A model generated the notes under the pieces. It ran no database searches, was not told where the DNA came from, and saw only the letters and a program-made list of their open reading frames with translations. DNA of 64,000 nt, taken from NCBI GenBank assembly GCA_947494155.1, contig CANLTW010000001.1:1-64000 (forward strand), written 5' to 3'. This document shows, one piece after another, positions 59,501-64,000 of the stretch; within the stretch, counting starts at the first letter, position 1; every line of letters begins with the position of its first letter. Both the position numbers and the translations under genes were made by a program. This DNA is from Chlamydiota bacterium. Lineage in GTDB: Bacteria > Chlamydiota > Chlamydiia > Chlamydiales > RGXB01.

Positions 59501-59683
59501 GTGAAACACACCTGGTTTGCCTTGGCGCACTATGAGGAAAACTCCCCGATGTTTGAAAATCCGGACCTCGTGGTTGTGGTGTACTTACGTTTTGGCGATT
59601 ATGGAAAAGAGGCGCTCCCCTTAGCTGTAGAGATGACAAAAAAGTTTTTGGAGATACAGCAAAAACAGAAGAGTATTTCCTAA
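56528..59683 (+). CDS. Penicillin-binding protein 2 (large chlamydial class B PBP)
   Basis: RGTIRDR, LTIDLELQ, SIFK (SxxK), SSN (SxN), GKTA; likely start ATG 56528. Confidence 0.92.
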   Translation: MRGPSTNQPLIALFLFGSIFLLSFGRIGYLTLFLHDNYLEQSKSPRELSIHVEPDRGTIRDRYNRPLVINRIAYDVGVTFDKIALIPRMKIKNGQKTFPRKEYVEQLSSFLARTLEIDRQGVEDLIFSKSALFPNTFFPLKQDVKEETFYLLKMEERNWPGLDVKHRSKRQYPQGAVGLHILGSIGPIQSAQMAAIQHEMHSLKSFFQMRGEKIAVPLPYGFISLQKAQERYLELQKLHYRLNSYMGRGGVEEIYDNHLRGYPGKERFEVDVKGRFIRKLPESVDALPGKRLLLTIDLELQKHAEELLIRNEKERDEEFKYLSIDHSKIASPFIKGGAIVAIDPKSSEVLALASYPRMHPEMDPKMWLESSDHILEIFDGEKPLLKERQDPKTKECFFSSTYLTYEMFLDQVLSTDCQVRKSLTKLHTVGKTLFLQQAISSLLHHFQQQSIQVLLDGLYGNEPKEIQFVVPPDLLQEKEFLDPLFSKIRHPKDRLLLYNLCHLFAPLENFSDALKIALSDEPIDHFVALCQQIRRLEKEVIRQSRTLFKTTYMPIFRKNYFSSYLAQVRKKGGKLPYLDYLKPKEEEFFQTFYEKNRSILISSALLGANIAPLYDPKFYLCKELAKIPSVPQIQRRLQDFPAHLIQSLIHVVRTSKMLDGYEKQLAQAFYPKHGFGFCRSFAYQESAPLGSIFKIVSGYAGLKRHLEKELDFTKPFDPNPLTIRDEGPKGDPADPKNILGYLPDGTPITRNFRGGRLPRSDHSIGKCDLERAIEQSSNIYFSLLAEGAHEELLQTSKAMGLGSRTGIDLPMEIGGTLPFDLSYNKTGLYAFAIGQHLLTVTPLQVANLLGALVTEGQVKKPHVAKALLGAYTPKQTNSQRFKQYFAPFHIEPGIFSETLNQSLQPFVLPFDPVTLQAFAFPRELSRPLLKGLHKVLNGERGGARPEAIRTYFKHPELKKDYLKLRANMIGKTATAQISYRPFLDKEGESALVKHTWFALAHYEENSPMFENPDLVVVVYLRFGDYGKEALPLAVEMTKKFLEIQQKQKSIS

Positions 59684-60990
59684 ATTTTTTCGATTATTTC
59701 TGTTGCTACAGGAAATTCCTGTGGGCAGGCATGAACAGCTTTGAGAAGTCTTTTAGCTGCTAAGACTGCCGACTCCATGTAATTATTTGTACGGGCTAAA
59801 TAGGCAGCCATAATCCCCCCGAGGACATCTCCTGCTCCAGCTGTGGCCAGCTTGGGTTCAGCCTCCAAAATAACGTAGGGTTTGGCCTCTTTGGGGTCAA
59901 AAATCCATGTAGGGGCTCCCTTTTCAAAAAGGACGAAATCCTCTTTTCTGGAGTTGCGTAAAAAACGCATTTCCCCCCCATTCGGAGTTACGATTGCGAA
60001 AGGCTTTTTCAGACGGTGGACATAAATGCCAATCGCTGCGGCATCTACAATCAGGGGCTTTGGGTGATCACAAAGGTAATCAAACACCTCATTTACAAAC
60101 TCTTTTTTTTCCTCACTGAGTCCCGGCCCAATCACGATCGCATCCAGCTTCGGTGCCCATAGGCGAAAATCTTCTATAGTTTGCTTAGAAAAAACGGCCT
60201 CCACGATGGGGAGTTGAAAATCATCATCGCAAAAAAGCCGCACCATCCCCGCCCCGGCTCTATGTGCCGCTTTGGCGCACATGTAGGCTGCCCCCTCCAT
60301 TCCGATAGAGCCGGCGATGACACCAACATAGCCTCTGTCATATTTATGGACGACCTTTGGCATTTCGGGCTCAACAAGAGCTGAGAGGTTGACAACCCTA
60401 CAAAGCTCCTCCATCTTTTCCATGTAGCCTTTTCCCAGCCCGAAATCGACCAACTCGATCGTTTTATAGGACTGATACCCTGCTCCTACCATGTGGCCCA
60501 GCTTGTAAGTCCCTATCGCAATGCAATGAGTGGCTTGTATGTGGAAAACACTCACATAGCCTGTGTTGGCATAGACTCCTGAAGGGATATCTACCGAAAG
60601 TATCGGCAAACCGCTCCCATTTGCGATTAATACCTGCTGGGCTTCATCACCCAAAATCTCCCCGTGAAAACCGATACCGTACAGCGCATCCAAAAGGATT
60701 CCGCCACGCTTAAGGTGACTTAATCCCTCAAAGGTTTCATAACCCAACTTCTTCAGTGTTTGCATCGCTGCAATTCCGTCTTTTCCATTATTCCCTTTTC
60801 CGATCAGGCAATGGACTATAGGAGGGTGCCGGTGCTTTTTGGCGTAGCGATCCACAGCAAAAGCAACCTGTTCTCCAGCTTTTTGATTCATGAGCCGAGC
60901 TTCATGCCCGTTTGCCAAAGCTAGCTCTTCGATACGCCTCTCCTCTTCTGAGGAGACCACTTTATGATAAGGGATTTCGTAGGGGTTCAA
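59680..60990 (-). CDS. nnr: Bifunctional NAD(P)H-hydrate epimerase/dehydratase (YjeF)
   Basis: GKGNNGKDG, DALYGIG, VDIPSG, HKYDRG, GPGL, LATAGAGDVLGG. Confidence 0.9.
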   Translation of the reverse strand: MNPYEIPYHKVVSSEEERRIEELALANGHEARLMNQKAGEQVAFAVDRYAKKHRHPPIVHCLIGKGNNGKDGIAAMQTLKKLGYETFEGLSHLKRGGILLDALYGIGFHGEILGDEAQQVLIANGSGLPILSVDIPSGVYANTGYVSVFHIQATHCIAIGTYKLGHMVGAGYQSYKTIELVDFGLGKGYMEKMEELCRVVNLSALVEPEMPKVVHKYDRGYVGVIAGSIGMEGAAYMCAKAAHRAGAGMVRLFCDDDFQLPIVEAVFSKQTIEDFRLWAPKLDAIVIGPGLSEEKKEFVNEVFDYLCDHPKPLIVDAAAIGIYVHRLKKPFAIVTPNGGEMRFLRNSRKEDFVLFEKGAPTWIFDPKEAKPYVILEAEPKLATAGAGDVLGGIMAAYLARTNNYMESAVLAAKRLLKAVHACPQEFPVATEIIEKI

Positions 60991-61928
60991 AATATTTTCC
61001 GCACTTCTTGATCCGCACCATAACCTTCAAATAAAATCTTGTAAACGATTTGGGCAATCGGGAGTTGAATCACGCTGTGGATAGCTTGAGCGGCAAATGC
61101 CCCTTCCACTACCATCCCTACACTCCCCCTTGCCTCTTCAGGAGCCATACCGTGAGCTATATTCAACCCACATTGAAAATTACGACTTTTTTCAGAGGTA
61201 CAGGTCAATATAAGATCGGCTAACCCAGAAAAATTTTCCAGGCAGGTTTCATCAATCCCTTTGTAGCGTAAAAGCTTTTTCATCTCCTGAAACCCTTTGG
61301 TAATCAGTGCGGCTCTGGCATTTTTCCCGTACCCCAGCCCCTCCACCAGCCCACATAAAATCGCATAGATATTTTTCATAGCACCGCTCAACATACATGC
61401 GACCGGCTCATCAGACTCTTCGGTGTGGAAAAAATCCTCATCAAAAACCTGAGATACCGCTCTTCTTAACCAGGTATCTTGAGAGGCGATAGTGGCACAT
61501 GTTGTCAATCGCGCTAAGACCTCATCTGCAAAAGTCGCTCCGCTTAAAACGGCCAAATTTTCTAGACCGATCTCTTTTGCGATTTCGTAAAGGGTGTGCC
61601 CCTTGTGATCAATCCCTTTCGACGTGATCAGGATTGGCACTTTACAGCCCAAGTCTTTAAGAGCCTGCATCACCGGTTTGAACCCTTGTGATGTCACCGA
61701 CTCGATCAAAAGATCCGCATTTTCGATCGCCTCCTTAAGATTCTCGTGCATTTCCAAAGGGTTTTTCATCGAAACGATCGGGAATCTGGGGTGTTTTTTA
61801 TGACTTTGAATCGAATTCACTACCTCTTTTTCGATAGAATACATCCGCACTTCTACATTTTTAAGAGCCTGTGATAAAGCAAATGCCCAGGCTCCGCTTC
61901 CTAAAATTGTCACTCGCTTCATTTTCAT
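60987..61928 (-). CDS. gpsA: NAD(P)H-dependent glycerol-3-phosphate dehydrogenase
   Basis: ILGSGAWA, SKGI, GAMKNIYAI, GLADLILTC, SRN, VVEG; likely start 61928 or 61922. Confidence 0.93.
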   Translation of the reverse strand: MKMKRVTILGSGAWAFALSQALKNVEVRMYSIEKEVVNSIQSHKKHPRFPIVSMKNPLEMHENLKEAIENADLLIESVTSQGFKPVMQALKDLGCKVPILITSKGIDHKGHTLYEIAKEIGLENLAVLSGATFADEVLARLTTCATIASQDTWLRRAVSQVFDEDFFHTEESDEPVACMLSGAMKNIYAILCGLVEGLGYGKNARAALITKGFQEMKKLLRYKGIDETCLENFSGLADLILTCTSEKSRNFQCGLNIAHGMAPEEARGSVGMVVEGAFAAQAIHSVIQLPIAQIVYKILFEGYGADQEVRKIF

Positions 61929-62710
61929 TGTAGGATCCTCAAAGCCTCTTCTAAACTGTCCTCCCCAAAAGCCCTTTTGATCGGGCAAAAATGGGATTGG
62001 CGGTGCACTTCCACCACCTCATAACTTTTTGCTAAGGGGAAAAAGTCAAATACAAACTTCTCTTGTTTAGCAACTTTTTTCCCCTCGTGGATTTTTTCAA
62101 TCAGTTGGCTCTTTACCATGCTATCCATATGAGCGGCCCGTTTGAAAAAATCGATTGTTGCAGAAAAAATTCCGGTATAGGCAAGCCCTAACCCACTTTT
62201 TTCTTCAGTGTACTCTTTCACGCTCAACTTATCCCCAAGGATCACAGTCCCCACCGATTCGCTAGCCGATCTTTTTTTTACCCCAAGCACAATCAGCTCG
62301 GCACTCCCTTGCAGATAGGGGAAATCGGGTTGGCAGAGCGGATTATCCACTGGACAAACAACTACCCGTTCTACTTGATTGTTTAAAAAATTTTGGTAGG
62401 AAGAGCTCGCATAAAAGGCCCTGAAAAGATCCCCATTACCTATAGGGCTCTCCTTATCAAGCCCTTCAATAAGTGCCGACTTCTGGGAAAAAAAAGTGAT
62501 CTCTTTCCCCTCTAACTGTAAAGAAAGGACGTGCTCTTCAATCTTTTTGTGATTTTTTTTAGAGGTCATGATAGCTACATTTTTGGGACATTTTTCTAAA
62601 ATTCTCTTTAAAAGAGAGGAATTATGTATCTCGATAAGACCTTTAGGGATATCCATTTGAAGGCGGGTTGCGTCACCAGCAGCCAAAATCACCACACCAT
62701 ATTTTTTCAT
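61925..62710 (-). CDS. UDPGP-family UTP:sugar-1-phosphate uridylyltransferase (shortened)
   Basis: LAAGDATRL..PKG, IMTS, SPIGNG, VDNPL, EKFVFDFF, FCPIK; upstream of gpsA as in Chlamydia. Confidence 0.8.
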   Translation of the reverse strand: MKKYGVVILAAGDATRLQMDIPKGLIEIHNSSLLKRILEKCPKNVAIMTSKKNHKKIEEHVLSLQLEGKEITFFSQKSALIEGLDKESPIGNGDLFRAFYASSSYQNFLNNQVERVVVCPVDNPLCQPDFPYLQGSAELIVLGVKKRSASESVGTVILGDKLSVKEYTEEKSGLGLAYTGIFSATIDFFKRAAHMDSMVKSQLIEKIHEGKKVAKQEKFVFDFFPLAKSYEVVEVHRQSHFCPIKRAFGEDSLEEALRILQ

Positions 62711-62934
62711 GAAAAACTTTTTCTTAGGATTATTTCAAAAGTCTAGCAACTGCTCGGTTTTAAACAAAAAGGGTTTTTCATCAAAAATAAGAGCTCTATA
62801 GAAAACCCCTTTTTCAAGAACAGTTTCTAGGGACGTTTAGAGGGAGGATTTACCCGAAAATTCTCCTCTTTTCTCGCCAAACAACTCCAAAAAGGGGTAT
62901 ATTCTGAAAACTCAAGAGGAGCTAAAAAGCAAGT

Positions 62935-63828
62935 ATGCCCTTTTTAAGCCTTTTTATTTCTCTAATGATTACAGCAATTTGGGGATTAAACTTTGTTGTA
63001 ATCAAATACTGCCTTGTCGAGACAAAACCGCTGTCTTTATGTGTTTTGCGTTTTTTTCTCTCAAGTATCCCCTTTATTTTTTTTGTAAAAAGACCCAAAA
63101 CCCCGTTTTGGCTCCTTAGCCTCTACGGAATTGTCATGTTTGTCATCCAATTTGGACTCCTTTTTTTGGGTCTATATTTAGGGATGCCGGCGGGTCTTGC
63201 CTCCCTTTTATTGCAAATTCAGGTTTTCTTTAGCCTTTTTATCGGTATTTTTGTTTTTCAGGAAAAAATTCGGCTTTGGAATATTCTTGGTTGTTTGATC
63301 TCTTTTTTTGGAATTGGGATTGTCATAGCCCATCTGGACAGCTCGATTTCGATTAAAGGGCTTTTGCCGATCATCGGAACCGCCGCTTGTGCAAGCCTGG
63401 GGAACTTAATCACCAAAAAAATGGGAAATGTTAACAGCGTTTCTCTAGTTACCTGGGGCAGCTTTATCGCTTGGCCCCTGCTACTGGTACTATGCCTACT
63501 TATTGATGGTCCCGATACTCTTTTACACACTCTTTTTGATCTCGAGCTCGATTTTTGGATTGGGGTAGGATACATCACCTATCTCTCTACAATCGTAGCC
63601 TACGGAGCGTGGAGCTGGCTTGTTGCAAACAATCCGCTTAAAGCTGTTACCCCATTTACCCTTCTTACACCCATATTTGCCCTGATTGGGGGAACTTTGT
63701 TTTTGGAAGAGTCTTTGCCCCCTTGGAAATTGGTCGCTACACTCTTTGTATTGAGTGGTCTTGCCATCAATCTTTTTGGGAATCATTTTTTTAAATCCTC
63801 TGCTCCTGTAAGAGTAGAATTCGATTGA
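62935..63828 (+). CDS. EamA/DMT family exporter
   Basis: IWGLNFVVIK, GMPAGLASLLLQ, ten predicted TM segments. Confidence 0.9.
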   Translation: MPFLSLFISLMITAIWGLNFVVIKYCLVETKPLSLCVLRFFLSSIPFIFFVKRPKTPFWLLSLYGIVMFVIQFGLLFLGLYLGMPAGLASLLLQIQVFFSLFIGIFVFQEKIRLWNILGCLISFFGIGIVIAHLDSSISIKGLLPIIGTAACASLGNLITKKMGNVNSVSLVTWGSFIAWPLLLVLCLLIDGPDTLLHTLFDLELDFWIGVGYITYLSTIVAYGAWSWLVANNPLKAVTPFTLLTPIFALIGGTLFLEESLPPWKLVATLFVLSGLAINLFGNHFFKSSAPVRVEFD

Positions 63829-63929
63829 CGCATTAACATAAAAAAGGAATATTTTATAACATAACTCACTAAAAGCATCCCTTTGGTGAAATCTTTGTAT
63901 CCTAAACTTTTTTTAAATTAGGAGGTCTC

Positions 63930-64000
63930 ATGGAAACCATTCTCCTTACCCTTTTTAGCGCTTTAGGTCTTTTTTTAATCCTATCGATCCGGCTCTACCA
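63930..64000 (+). CDS. Partial CDS running off the window (METILLTLFSALGLFLILSIRLY...)
   Basis: AGGAGG RBS, ATG 63930, hydrophobic N-terminus. Confidence 0.55.
   Translation, partial: METILLTLFSALGLFLILSIRLY

Noticed and set aside
56414..59683. Unusually long PBP2 suspected of carrying an intein or fusion
   Set aside because: No intein terminal or LAGLIDADG motifs seen; chlamydial PBP2 is known to be this large.

Overview
This window is mostly core chromosome of a member of the phylum Chlamydiae, most likely an environmental, non-Chlamydiaceae lineage. The assignment rests on chlamydial gene orders: kdsD-gltT-lpxK...lspA-dksA-nrdR; tsp next to rpsL-rpsG-fusA-rpsJ without tuf; rodA-birA-nifU-nifS-gpmA-rluB; the T3SS sctJKLRST block; mcsAB; and frr-pyrH-tsf-rpsB-tRNA-Gly-pbp2. 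It holds about 60 CDS, 5 tRNAs (Ser, Phe, Lys, Glu, Gly) and, at the left edge, a probable rRNA-operon promoter/leader. The one clear accessory zone (~16.3-20.4 kb) lies between obgE and tRNA-Phe. It contains a eukaryotic-like Ser/Thr kinase, an unannotated 32-aa Lys-rich ORF with a strong RBS, marC, and an AT-rich ~1.7-kb integrase-less islet bounded by a perfect 65-bp direct repeat (tRNA-Phe 3' tip plus terminator) that carries a putatively exported glycosyltransferase. Other points of interest are three tandem MOMP-like porin genes, a cytidylyltransferase-SDR fusion (CDP-ribitol synthase-like), gmhA, degenerate McsB and NifS-like proteins, several candidate leaderless genes and a possible ATC start for sctK. 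I found no CRISPR array, transposase, prophage or defence system, and I cannot support a complete new multi-gene system. All calls come from motif and synteny recognition; no database searches were run.
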